Below, piece after piece: positions 39,625 to 50,669 of a stretch of DNA of 64,000 nucleotides. The notes below the pieces were generated by a model. That model was not told the DNA's origin and made no database searches. It saw nothing but the letters and a program-made list of their open reading frames with translations. The DNA lies in the NCBI GenBank assembly GCA_965238275.1, contig OZ250186.1, positions 224,001 to 288,000 of the forward strand, read 5' to 3'. Within the stretch, counting starts at the first letter, position 1. Each line of letters begins with the position of its first letter. The DNA is from Nitrosopumilus sp. (GTDB taxonomy: Archaea > Thermoproteota > Nitrososphaeria > Nitrososphaerales > Nitrosopumilaceae). Position numbers and translations under genes: made by a program.

Positions 39625-39750
39625 AGAACCCCGTAACGGGGTTCTATCCATGTCGAATCCATTGGATTCGACGATACAAGAATTCCGTAACGGAATTCTA
39701 TACACGAACCGCCATCGGCGGTTCTATATCAATTCGGCTTCGCCGATATT
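39625..39750. repeat. Phased array of five palindromes/hairpins with 3-nt loops
   Basis: AGAACCCCG-TAA-CGGGGTTCT, GTCGAATCC-ATT-GGATTCGAC, AGAATTCCG-TAA-CGGAATTCT, GAACCGCC-ATC-GGCGGTTC, TCGGC-TTC-GCCGA; loop centres 39635, 39662, 39689, 39715, 39740. Confidence 0.9.
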
Positions 39751-40040
39751 ACTTCATGTCTTGAGTGGGCAATGATTTAAGGGGAAACAATCTATGGTGA
39801 CGAATAGTACTCGGACGCCGCCACAAGACGCACGGATACGCCAAAAAATCGTCAACAACAACTTGACCGACTACACCACTTGACTGATTATCGCCGGAGC
39901 GAGTAGAGGCGACCCAACTAGGACAATCATCAACATAACCATGAATCATGAGGCGGGCATACAAATGAAGCACCCTACAGAATCAGTAGATCAAGCCGCA
40001 TGACACCGCTGATATCTTCAAGCATACTGCAATAGCGGGT

Positions 40041-40712
40041 TTAGGTTTGTTTTGGAACAAGCATGCCCAACGACAAAAACATGTCCGACCTTGGTTTCAG
40101 CATCGCCCATTCATGAAACGTGTTCCTGTGTCCATGGATTACAGACATCGTACGCATCTTCCAAGAATCTTTCCTTAGGAAGCCATCCGGATTCCTCTGG
40201 AGTTGGTACATCATGACATGCAGTACATACAAACCTGCCAATGCAAGGTAGGCATTCCCCACACTGCCTGATACGTATCCATCCGGCAAGCGATGTTTTG
40301 AATCATTGTATGCCGTCCACCATTTCGGCATTTTTCCACAACGGGGATTCATGTGAGGATCGTCATGCTCGTAGTGGTGAATGCATGCAAAGTCGCACGA
40401 AAATGGCTTTATCGCATTCCATTCCGTACGCGTCCTAAAGGCCACTTTCTGGTTACTCAGCACACCTTCATGATCCAGATCGGCATACAGAGCAGCGGCG
40501 ACCTTGTCGCTTTTAGAAAAGCACGCCTCATGCATGATTCTCGCGATTCCCTCAATCTGACTGCATGTACTTTGCAGGATTTCATACAGACGAGGCGAGA
40601 ACGTGTCTGGGTGGTTTTCCAGGGGGATTATTCTAGTGATCTCGTTGAATGACCATTCCAAATACCTGTAGTATTCTTCAAATCTGAGCATCCTGTTATC
40701 CGGATCATCCAT
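40041..40712 (-). CDS. Hypothetical protein with a possible HEPN-like helical fold
   Basis: TCSQIE near the N-terminus and WWTAYNDSKH near the C-terminus recall the HEPN E...RxxxxH layout; fold is inferred. Confidence 0.55.
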   Translation of the reverse strand: MDDPDNRMLRFEEYYRYLEWSFNEITRIIPLENHPDTFSPRLYEILQSTCSQIEGIARIMHEACFSKSDKVAAALYADLDHEGVLSNQKVAFRTRTEWNAIKPFSCDFACIHHYEHDDPHMNPRCGKMPKWWTAYNDSKHRLPDGYVSGSVGNAYLALAGLYVLHVMMYQLQRNPDGFLRKDSWKMRTMSVIHGHRNTFHEWAMLKPRSDMFLSLGMLVPKQT

Positions 40713-40825
40713 GCCCGGCCTAGAATTTCGTAAAATAAGACTGTTGGTCTGTAGGCAACGTCAGTCTCGGGTATCTTTTGGTGTGTATTGTCATGCAGGT
40801 ATTGACTGCCCATAAAAATTCCAAA

Positions 40826-43800
40826 TCAGAACTGTTCCAGATCTGTTCGCGTCTCGTCGGATGCCGTGACAAAGAGCGCGCCGACCAGAATCAGTCTGCC
40901 GGGATCCGTCGTCGCACGCGCATCTTCCTTGTCCCTTGCCGCCATCTCCTTGCCGATCTTCTTCAACTCGTTTATGGCTCTCCGCACATCCGATCCTGTA
41001 TCGCACTCGTCAAGCAGCCTCTCGATGTAGTCACCCCATTGCCGCAGGTCCGCAGAATCCAATATGGAATCGGCCTCTTCTGCATCATGCTCCGTAAGGT
41101 TTCCGTCGTCGATCGCCCCATCCATCACCTCGCGGAAATGCTCTATCGTCCTCTCGCTCTTCTTGGGCTTTGAGCGGAGCTTGGCGGCCATCTTTTCGTC
41201 CTCGCTGTTGCGCCTGCCGATAGCCTCGCGCGCGATCCCGTCTATCTCCAGCAGTCTCCTGAAAGACTCTCCCCCGTTGACGGAGTCCATGGGAAGGTAC
41301 GGTTCTTCGTCTTCCCCGCACCTTACAATCTTGATTGCCTCCATGTCGTCTGCCACCTCGGCCGTTTTTGTAGAATAGTCGAATATGACGGCGTAAAACG
41401 CCCGTCGCGGCCCTTCCCGCACGTATGCCAAGACAATTTTCCTCCCCTCACCCACCTTTCCGGCCCTCCTGCCCATGGGAAACTCTTCCATCCTCATAAT
41501 CCCGGTCTTCCTGATGTGGCGGCTGATTTCGTTGAACGGGGAGGCTGTGGGCATCAGATCGGATTCGTGCTCAAGTGCGTTTGTCACCTTGCTAGAGTCG
41601 CCGTCACCTGCCAATACCCGCAGGCGTTCTGCGGTGGTTGCCTGGAAGTTTTTTGGTGATGCTTCCTGCCCCAGAAGATCCGCATCAAGGCCTACAGTGC
41701 CCTGTATGTCATCGATCTTCCCCATCAGCTTGCCTACCAATACGAGTAGCTCGTCAAGCTCCCTGTCCGGAAAGCACTCCCTAGAGTGCACCGTATCGTG
41801 TACGCTAGTAAGCCTATCCACCCTGCCGATCCTCTGCACCAACCTCATGGGGTTCCACGGCAGGTCGTAATTTACCACATAGTTGCAGTCCTGCAGGTTC
41901 TGCCCCTCCGATATCACCTCTGTCGAGACCAGTATGTCGATCTCTTCGTCCGGTCTTTCTTCCTCTTCGGACAAGTTAGCGGTAGGCGAAAACGCCCTTA
42001 TGATCTTGGGACGGTCAGATTTCCTTACGCTGCCCGTGATCAGGCCGACCCTACTCCCCTCGAACTTGCCCTGCAGGTATTTTTGCACGTACTTGGCGGT
42101 GGCCGTATACTCCGTGAACACTAACACCTTCCTGCTGCCTGACTCTAGAGCCCCGTCCTCCCGGATCGTCTCGGCCACGACTGCTGCCTTCTTGTCGTCT
42201 CCTCGTATGGCATTCAGGGCATCCAGATATTTTTTCAGATGAACAAGGTCGGACTTTATGTCTTCCCTCATGCGTCCCACGTCGTACTTGCTTGCGTCTT
42301 GCTGGGGCAGTCGCATTATCTCGTCCATGAACTCCTCATCTCTTGGCTCACCCTCATCACCATCGCCTTCCATGTCCTTGGCGTTCCACCTTAGCATGAT
42401 GCGGTTCAGCTCTTTTGGCGCCACGATGCGGTTCTCATCCAAGAGTCTGCCAAAATACTTGAACAACCTGATCTTGTTTTCTAGGCTGGCCGTTATGGCA
42501 CCAATGCTGCTCTCGAACCTCTTTAGGAGCAGTATGGTCTGGAGGTGTGCCAGCACCTTGTACCTTTGCTTCTCCTCGTCGGTGAGGGTGGTGTTGTACA
42601 TCTCCACCCCGTATGGTGTCATGTGGAGGGAGTTTATCGTATCAAGCAGGTCTTGGTATATGTTGCCGAAGCGTTCTGTCATGCTGTACCGGATCGGCCT
42701 GTAGTTCCTTTCAGGAAACGTGATGGGTTTTCCACCAAGTGCCACATCCGGGTACACTTCCCTGATGAACGTCCTTGTCCGCCTCACCATAATGGCCTCG
42801 AGAAGCAGTTGGACTTTCTCCAGTCCCTCGTCGATCTTGTGGTTTGTCGCCCGTCTCATGTAATCGTACAGGTCTGGTATCCCAATGTCGGCAAAATGAT
42901 CGTCCTTCTCGCCGGTGATTATGGATACCTGATAGTAGAGGTCCATGAGGGAGTTGTTGATCGGCGTGGCCGTCATCAACAGAACCTGTTTCCTAGGCCC
43001 CAGACTGAGCAATTTCATCAGGTTATGCCGCCTGCCGGTGATGCGTGAGCGGAAGTTCTGGCTTTCGTCTATCACTACAAAGTCGTACTTTTTGTACTTG
43101 AATACGTCAAAGTCTCTCCTGCCGAGCTCCTCAACGCCTATGGTTTTTGCCCTGATCTGTGCCTCGTCGAGCTTGTCCTCCCAGACCGTGTCCCTTACCT
43201 GTGCCGGGGCTATCAGAAGTATCTTCCTGTTCTCTACCATCTTTTTGCGCATCACCTCCAGGCCTATGTGCGTCTTGCCCAATCCGGTAGAGTCGGCAAG
43301 CATCGCCCCGCCGTGCTCGTCCATGGTCTGGAGCAGCACGGATACGGCGTCCTGCTGGAACTTGGGCAGATTAACAGATATGGGGCCTTCCTTCTCGCCC
43401 ATCGCCGTCAGCGCCCTCCTGTACTTTTCAAAGAGCATCTTCAGGTACACCTCGTGCGGCGATGCGGGCATGCCGAACTTTGACTGCTCCAGCACCTGAA
43501 GCATCTCCTCCTTGGCGTCCCTTGCACCATCCCACATCCTCTCGTACCAGTCGCGTATCTTCTTCCAAGTTGATGTAACAAAGATGCCAGCGTTCAGCTC
43601 GTCGTTCCTAGATAGGCCCGCCTCCGTAAAGTTGCTGGAGCCTATGATGGCACCCTCTTGGCCCAGTATGTAACACTTTGCGTGGTTGAACCTGGATCTT
43701 CCCAAGCGCACCTGCACGTTGTCGCGCCTCAGCAGCTTGATCAGCCCCGTGACGCTGTCCATACGATCCGTGTCAAGTTCCTCCCCACCTAAGCCCGATT

Positions 43801-44095
43801 CCAAGGTCTCAGGAAGCGTGTTGGCGTACTTGGTATACTCTTCAAACGTGTCAAAGGACGGGGGCCTCAGGGCGTCCTTGCCAACTAGCAACCTGAACCT
43901 GAACGAATCATTTGATGCTGCCCTCTCAAGTGCCTCGCGCACGGCCCCGTATCCGTTGACCTCAAAGTACCCGGTGGAGACGTCAAGGAAGTTTATCCTG
44001 CCCAGATTCATGTTGATGACGCTTGCCATGTCATGTTTCCTGTTGTCGATGATGTCCGGCTCGGCCTTTTCCTTGTCAAAATTAGGCATAGTCAT
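40826..44095 (-). CDS. PLD-nuclease / SNF2-family helicase fusion
   Basis: HAKCY...IIGSSNFT PLD motif; LADSTGLGKT, IDESQNFR, TATPINN, SEGQNLQ, YDLPWNPMRLVQRIGRVDR. Confidence 0.9.
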   Translation of the reverse strand: MTMPNFDKEKAEPDIIDNRKHDMASVINMNLGRINFLDVSTGYFEVNGYGAVREALERAASNDSFRFRLLVGKDALRPPSFDTFEEYTKYANTLPETLESGLGGEELDTDRMDSVTGLIKLLRRDNVQVRLGRSRFNHAKCYILGQEGAIIGSSNFTEAGLSRNDELNAGIFVTSTWKKIRDWYERMWDGARDAKEEMLQVLEQSKFGMPASPHEVYLKMLFEKYRRALTAMGEKEGPISVNLPKFQQDAVSVLLQTMDEHGGAMLADSTGLGKTHIGLEVMRKKMVENRKILLIAPAQVRDTVWEDKLDEAQIRAKTIGVEELGRRDFDVFKYKKYDFVVIDESQNFRSRITGRRHNLMKLLSLGPRKQVLLMTATPINNSLMDLYYQVSIITGEKDDHFADIGIPDLYDYMRRATNHKIDEGLEKVQLLLEAIMVRRTRTFIREVYPDVALGGKPITFPERNYRPIRYSMTERFGNIYQDLLDTINSLHMTPYGVEMYNTTLTDEEKQRYKVLAHLQTILLLKRFESSIGAITASLENKIRLFKYFGRLLDENRIVAPKELNRIMLRWNAKDMEGDGDEGEPRDEEFMDEIMRLPQQDASKYDVGRMREDIKSDLVHLKKYLDALNAIRGDDKKAAVVAETIREDGALESGSRKVLVFTEYTATAKYVQKYLQGKFEGSRVGLITGSVRKSDRPKIIRAFSPTANLSEEEERPDEEIDILVSTEVISEGQNLQDCNYVVNYDLPWNPMRLVQRIGRVDRLTSVHDTVHSRECFPDRELDELLVLVGKLMGKIDDIQGTVGLDADLLGQEASPKNFQATTAERLRVLAGDGDSSKVTNALEHESDLMPTASPFNEISRHIRKTGIMRMEEFPMGRRAGKVGEGRKIVLAYVREGPRRAFYAVIFDYSTKTAEVADDMEAIKIVRCGEDEEPYLPMDSVNGGESFRRLLEIDGIAREAIGRRNSEDEKMAAKLRSKPKKSERTIEHFREVMDGAIDDGNLTEHDAEEADSILDSADLRQWGDYIERLLDECDTGSDVRRAINELKKIGKEMAARDKEDARATTDPGRLILVGALFVTASDETRTDLEQF

Positions 44096-47000
44096 GGCGA
44101 TCCTCCAGCTATCTCGTCATAGTATGTGGGGGCCAGTTTGCGAACCTCGCCGTAGAACTGTCGCAGGACCTTGTTGTCATTAAAGTCGGCCGACTGGGCC
44201 GTTAGAAGGTCGGAATTTTCAAGGAATTTGAAGGACTTTAGGATTGTTTCGTATTCTTTTTTTGTCAGTCCGTACGCGTGGGCGACCAGCGCGTCCAGTT
44301 TGGCAGTTGTACGGATACGTTCAGAGGGAGCCAGGAAGACATTCTCCATTCTCAGAGACTCGGCAAACCCCTCGAATTCATCAGGACCCAAGACAAGTTT
44401 GGCAGACAGTTCCACCACATCATCGTAATGCTGCCTGTTTGGAATTGAGATTGTCTTGATGACCGTCGACACATGCATCTGAACCTTCGAACGGGATACA
44501 AAATCAAACGGCATGGAGTTGAGGATGCCGCACAGGTACGCTATCTGCTTGTTGTAGTCATCGCTGGTCTCAAGGCGTCCGTTACGGGTCAGCACGACGG
44601 AGCGCATTGAATATGTATGAAATCTTTGCGGCGGGATTATTGCGGCTATCGTTGTTCGCATGTTGGTTGAACTAGATATGTCACGAAATACCAGTCTGAA
44701 TGAATGGTAGAATTTTCTAGAGTCATTCTTGTATGCACGCTTGTGCTCTTCCCTTTGCAGGCCTGCCGACATGGGAGTGGTAAATATGGGCCTTGCAAAG
44801 GCATGATTAAACTGGTGGATATTGTTTCCCTCAAGCACCGGCCAGCCCTTCCCGCCGTCAGCCAGGAGGCCAGCATCGTTTGTCTTATCAAAACCCCTTG
44901 AGAGCGCCACGCTCCAGTCGTCCCCCAACCCCATCTCCAACGTACCACATGCAGACATCCTGGCCAGCACGGCAAGAATCTTCCCGTCAACCTCGGGGAT
45001 GTGGAGATCGTCAGGAGACAGGTCGCGGATCATTCTCTTGGAGATCGTATGGAATTTTTCTTTCTCTGCGTCCTTGGTTTCAAGCGATGACAGGTTGTGC
45101 AGGTAGAATCCGGAAGGAATATCATCCCCTCCAGGCAGGTTTCTGATTGTCAGGAGCACGAACCGATACCTGCTGTCTATGGGAAATATCTTTTTGCGGT
45201 TCTCAAAAACGTACATCTGCCGCACGTCTGAATCCAGAATCTGTTCCCGCATTCCTGCCGAGCCCGTGTTTGAGAGTACCTGGGAGGGAATGAGTACGGA
45301 TATGATGCCTCCCTCCGACACCAATGCCAGCATGCGCTCCATCATTATCTGCCACATGTCCCTGTCTCCCACGCCTTGCAGGGCATACGTTTTGTAGAAT
45401 TCCGACTTTTCACGAAACGACTGGCGAAAATCGTCGTACTCTTTCCGGATGGCGGTATCTTTTAGGATCTCATCTTGTTTGGTTATTTTTTTCGGTTTGG
45501 TGTCGATGGCGCGAAATGCCGGGTAGTGCCTGGTAAAGAATTCGTCATCGGATGGTTTTACCTTGTCCCACGGCGGGTTTCCCACGATCAGGTCAAAGCC
45601 GTGCCGGGCATCCACAAACGCGTCCATCATCTCAAGCTCCCAGTGGAAGAACCCATACTTGCTTTTCAGTCGTCGTGCAGTCGCAAACGTATTTTGCATG
45701 TCTGCATCTTCTGCTATCCGGCCAGAGAACCGGCGTATGTAGCCTGCCGCGTTCTTGCGCGCCGTTTTAGGTATCGCATTCTTGTCGATCTGTGCAGTGC
45801 AGTACACGTCCAGCATCTCCTTGTGGGGGGACATCACTCGTTCATACTCGTCGTGCGCGTCCTTACTCCGGTGGACCTGCTTTATAGTGACGTCTGCACT
45901 CTTGCTGACGCGATCGATTATGACTCCTATGTTGTCCGTTTTCTCCATCCAATCATCCAGCGATGCGCCTTTTGGATCCCCTATGTCGCTGCGCCACGCT
46001 CCCATGGTAGAGTCGCCTGCCTTGATGTGATGATTCAGGTATGTCAAAGGAACGCCAATGGCAAAAGAGTCAAGCCACAGTGAGACGCGAGCAAGCTCGA
46101 CTGCAAGCGGGTTGACGTCAACTCCAAATATGCACCGCTTCATTACGCGGCGCTTGAGCAGAACGTCATAAGTCAACAATCCCTCGTTTATGGTTATGCC
46201 GTGCTTCTTCTGTTCTGATATTACTGCCTGCCTGTCTTTTTCTATATCGGCAAGCAACGGGTGTTGTGGGTATTTCCTGAGCATGCCAGTGACCCATTTC
46301 GTAATCTGGTTCAACGCCTCAACCAGAAAGTGGCCGCTGCCCATGGAAGGATCCAATACCTGTATGTCAAGCAGCCTGTCCGTGCATGCGCGGATGTTTT
46401 TCTCATTTGGCAGGTCTCCGTACCTGCCTAGGTCAGACGGCAGTAATTTTTCGCGTTCGTCAAATATCGGCTCAAGTCCGCGCTTGACCAAAAACGATAC
46501 CATCTCCTGCGGAGTGTAGTAGCTTCCAGATGATTTTCTCGAGAGCGAACCTGTCCTTGACACTATGTAGAGGTCATTTTTCTTGTACGAGTACGTGGAC
46601 TCGGCACGGGATGCAACCTCACGCACAGCCTTGCCGTCTTCCACCAGCATGATGTCCCGATCTGCCTGGCGTACCTCGAATTCCATCAGAGTCTCGTAGA
46701 TGTTTCCCAAATGCCGTACGCCCAAACTGGCATAGTCTACAGGTTCCCCGTCCTTCTCCATGAACCCCCTCAGCGTCCGGACCGCGTGGAAATTCCTGAT
46801 GTTGATGCCGTCAATCTGCGGAGCGCTCCTGAAGAGGTCGCCGTTGTATTGCGGCAGGTTATGCTCCGGACTCCCATTCCTGACCCCACGGAACAGACTC
46901 AGGACATGCTTCCAGCAACCGTACGAGTCAGGATCCGACTCCATGTCGTCAAGAGAATAGCGTAACGCCAACAGGGACAACGGAGCGTATTTTTTGTCCC

Positions 47001-48146
47001 TGACAGGTAGCAAGTCACGCGATTCTGCATACAACAGGAACCATATGCGGTACATGATCTTTAGCGCAACCTCCTTGGCAGAGGCCAGATCGCCTGACTC
47101 GTACCTCCGAGTACCGTCATACCCCAGCACGCCTTTTACCAAGTCCACAAAGATGCCATCCGGCCTCAAAATCCGCTCAGCCAAGTTCGCCTCGAGATCT
47201 TGTACGTAGTCCCTGCCGTCGTCGAATACCACGTCTATTTTGGCCTTGCCGTTTATCTTCACGTACGACGCGGCGCCGAATACGGCCGCCAAGTACCGCA
47301 GGACTGACTTTTTTCTAGATTGCAGGTTTATCTCAAAGTAGTTGGTGGTGGATGCAGATACCCTCGACGTGTAAAGCCTCCACGTGATCCCGTCCGTGAG
47401 GATGACCCACGGTGTCACGGCAAGTTCTGCCACCGCCCTGTAGCTTGGTGCCACCTCGGCCCGGTTCCTCTGGATTCCAAAGTCCGTCCCCTTCCCAACC
47501 ACCACTATCGATGCTTCTGGAAAGGAATGAGAACGGTAAACGCCATCATTGTGATATTCAAGATCCGACCAGCCAAGCAATTCAAGTGACTTTGCAGAAT
47601 CTCCATTCCATGCCTCCTCCAAGCCATCCAGTTTTGTCGCACCGCCTTCAAGCAGTCTGGTCTTTAGGTAGTGTGTAGAGAAGACGCCCTTGTTGATGAA
47701 ATCTACGGCAGTGGTGGGTATGTTCTGTATAGTATTCTTGATGGCCGCCGCATCTTCAGGCTGGTGCCGGCAGACGCAAAACCGGCAGAAGAAAGCGCCG
47801 TGACCGCCTGTTCGCAGGCGTCAGTGCCGTCTAATGCAAAGACCAAGCTGCTTGATGCAGACTTGAAGTAGAGGCTGTAGTTTGATTTCAGACAGAGCAA
47901 TACAATACAGTGAAAGATGCCGGAGACCTGTCGTTTTGCGTCCGGGATAGCCTTGGCCTTGTGCTCAAATAGCAATACCGGGATTGGAGTGTCGTTACCG
48001 TCAGCCCGCGTGAACCTGTACCGTCCCCATCCGGCGGAGTTGTTGTCGGGGAGGGGCCTGCATTCTTCCGACAGACCCATGGAATCCAAGACTCCTTTGA
48101 TCCTGTTTGGAAATTGAGGGGTTTTTTCAGAATCTTTTATCATCAC
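44092..48146 (-). CDS. Type IIG-like (Eco57I-like) N6-adenine methyltransferase/specificity protein with a frameshift near 47700-47820
   Basis: GSYYTP, LDPSMGSGHFL, GVDVNPLAVEL, FFHWELE, VGNPPW; ORF 47703-48146 joins AAIKNTIQ...FINKGVFSTHYL upstream of the 47622 frame. Confidence 0.85.
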
Positions 48147-48899
48147 GCTACCGCCATTGTTTATTGGATTGGCACAGGTTCAGTGATAAACGTATTGACA
48201 TTAACAGTAGATGGAAATGTGTTTTTTTAGGATCACCTAATCTTGCCGCGTTCCTTATGATCACTAGGCGTTCGCCATTATTAGACTCTGGGTGTTAAAA
48301 ATGGAGCGCGCGAGTCTTACACGTTCAAATGAAAAACAAGCAATCACTCCAAATACAGTCCGCCGAATCTGCATATAAGATCATCGGTCCCGTACTGTTT
48401 TCCCTGTTGCAGATCAAGTTCTCAGACAGGTACAACGCCCTGTACGGACCGGTCCACTTTTTTGAACGCTTGTTTGGCATGTGCAGGCACACCGAATACG
48501 CAGAGACTGCATGGTCCAGCGACCCGGACGGCGGGACGGGCATTCCCACGGGCAGGTGGCTGCTTGACAGGATACGCCATATCCGGTACGACTACATGTT
48601 AAAGCGGTGCCAGGCGGTGACAGACCGCACCGTGCGCAGGATGAGGCGGCACGGCATGTTCAGGGAGCCGGTGGACATTGCAATCGACAAACACCTGGTC
48701 TGCAGGTACGACAGGTTCCGGAGGATCGTCAACACCATAAAGTCAAAACCAAAAAAGGGAACGTACAACTTTAACTGCCTGGCGACTGCAAACTGCATCG
48801 TGGCAGACTCCAGGGCGTTTCTGGCAGCCCGGCTGGTCAGAAGGGGAGATACAGACCTCGAGGTGGTCTCAGGACTGATAGCAGACTGCAGAAGGCGGG

Positions 48900-50669
48900 G
48901 TAATTGTTTCGCTTTTTGAAGTACCCCGGATGGCCTAGCGGGCATCCATGGCGCCGGGAATAAATCTAATGATTTCGTGCTCGGGACGACAAAGCTAGAC
49001 TGTCGTGATCTAAATGTGAGTGGGTGCTAGTTCCTTCGAGATAGCAAATGAAGAAACCAGCACACCAGACATGCTTGGAGGTGGAGGAATTTAAGGCAAT
49101 ACACGAGCCCTCCTTACACTTACCACAAATCCTTCCTGATGCCGGGGCGTGCATGAAATCCGGATGCAGGTGCTGTCGGTTCTGGACAAGGGCACTTGGT
49201 GATACGATCGGCTTGACAGGCAAGATCTTGGAGGCTGCTGCCGCCGAAGTTGCAGGCAGGTCAGGCGCCAACTGCAAGGAGATCGAGGGACTGCAGGCAC
49301 TCGTCTCATCCCTCACCGAGGACAACAAGAGGTACGCCAAGGCCAACAGGGAGCTTAACGCCAAGGCCAACAGGATCAACATCCCCACCGTGACCAAGAA
49401 AAAGGCAGGCCCAAGGAAGGCCGGCAGGCCCAAGGGGCAAAAACCCACCATCAACTGCAGGCCAAAACGCGTCGACCGCGTCGAGGAGATCGACTGCAAG
49501 GAATGTCCCGACTGTGGCAACGACAATCTTTCGGACGTGACTGACAGGTACGATCGCATCGTGACTGTCATGCGCGTCATACTGGAAAACGTCAGGTACG
49601 TCATCAAGCGGCGCTGGTGCCGCGGGTGCAAAAAACAGGTCTCTGGAAGGGTTCCCGGCGCGGCAAAACACGCGCGCCGTTCATCAAACTTTGATGCGGC
49701 CATGACGTCCCTGAACATGAACGGTTTGTCGCATGCCAGGGCCGCAGAATTTGGCAGTGACGCGTGGGGGCACAAAATCTCGCGCCCGTCTGCATACCGC
49801 GGCAAGATCAGGCAGGCAGAGCGCATGGCACCGGAGCGTGATTCTGTAAGAAAGCGCGTGTTAGAGGCGCCACACCTGAACGCAGACGAATTCCACTGGC
49901 CGTTGGGCGGCAAACGCGGCTACGGGATAGTGGCCCTGGCAAAAGACGCCTGCCTCGTGGAGGTGACCGGCTCGCGGGGCATCAAGACGCTTTGCCACAC
50001 ACTCCCGGACTACAAGGGAACCATAACGCAGGACTCGTATGCAGGATGGCTCCACGTGGGATCGTGCCGCCAGATGTGCGTGTGGCACCAGGAACGCCTG
50101 GTGCAAAAGGACGTCCTGACCAACCCCAAAGGTGACGTTCCAAAGTTTCTGGACAGGCTGTCGGCAATCCACGATAAGATTTATCGCGCATCCAGAATCG
50201 AGGACGGGCACACGAGGATCGTCGCGGCCCACTGCATAGACGCGGAGCTGCGCGGGCTGATGAACGAACCGTTTGCAGACGATGGGCACGGCACCATCGC
50301 CAGACACAAGAAGAGGAACCCCCGGGAGGGATACTTTATGACCACCTGCCTGCACGTGGACGGCATCGAGCCGGACAACAACGCAGTGGAGAGGGTCAAC
50401 CGGAGGTTCGTGGCCATAAGGAGCGACGGGGGCGGAAACCGCTCCCAGAAGGGCATGGATGCCAACTCGATCCTGTTCACGCTGCTGGCAACTGACAGGA
50501 TCAGCGGAAACAGCTTCTTTAATCACTTGGTCCACTCGTCCTCTGGAGACAGTTGAGGCATCGTCTTACGGCACGCGCGGTGCATCACGGGAAAAAAGAT
50601 TCCACGGCAAGGGAAAGGCTGCACCTGCTCCACTGTTAGGCAGGCCACTTCAAAAAGCGAAACTGTTAC
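48900..50669 (+). mobile_element. Single-ORF IS66-family element (ISBst12-like)
   Basis: IRs GTAA(TT/CA)GTTTCGCTTTTTGAAGT; 8-bp TSD AAGGCGGG at 48892-48899 and 50670-50677. Confidence 0.9.
49048..50556 (+). CDS. IS66-family transposase
   Basis: Coiled coil, GRPKGQK, CPDCG/CRGC zinc finger, ADE, QDSYAGW, QMCVWH, PDNNAVER; true start uncertain. Confidence 0.88.
   Translation: MKKPAHQTCLEVEEFKAIHEPSLHLPQILPDAGACMKSGCRCCRFWTRALGDTIGLTGKILEAAAAEVAGRSGANCKEIEGLQALVSSLTEDNKRYAKANRELNAKANRINIPTVTKKKAGPRKAGRPKGQKPTINCRPKRVDRVEEIDCKECPDCGNDNLSDVTDRYDRIVTVMRVILENVRYVIKRRWCRGCKKQVSGRVPGAAKHARRSSNFDAAMTSLNMNGLSHARAAEFGSDAWGHKISRPSAYRGKIRQAERMAPERDSVRKRVLEAPHLNADEFHWPLGGKRGYGIVALAKDACLVEVTGSRGIKTLCHTLPDYKGTITQDSYAGWLHVGSCRQMCVWHQERLVQKDVLTNPKGDVPKFLDRLSAIHDKIYRASRIEDGHTRIVAAHCIDAELRGLMNEPFADDGHGTIARHKKRNPREGYFMTTCLHVDGIEPDNNAVERVNRRFVAIRSDGGGNRSQKGMDANSILFTLLATDRISGNSFFNHLVHSSSGDS

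Noticed and set aside
39625-39750. Hairpin array as a CRISPR array or intrinsic terminators
   Set aside because: Units are not identical, linkers are under 10 bp, there are no U-tracts, and it is ~290 bp from the nearest confident stop codon
38510-39973. ORFs 38510-38854, 38595-38792, 39260-39598 and 39749-39973 as genes
   Set aside because: No recognisable motifs, atypical composition and mutually overlapping frames; left uncalled
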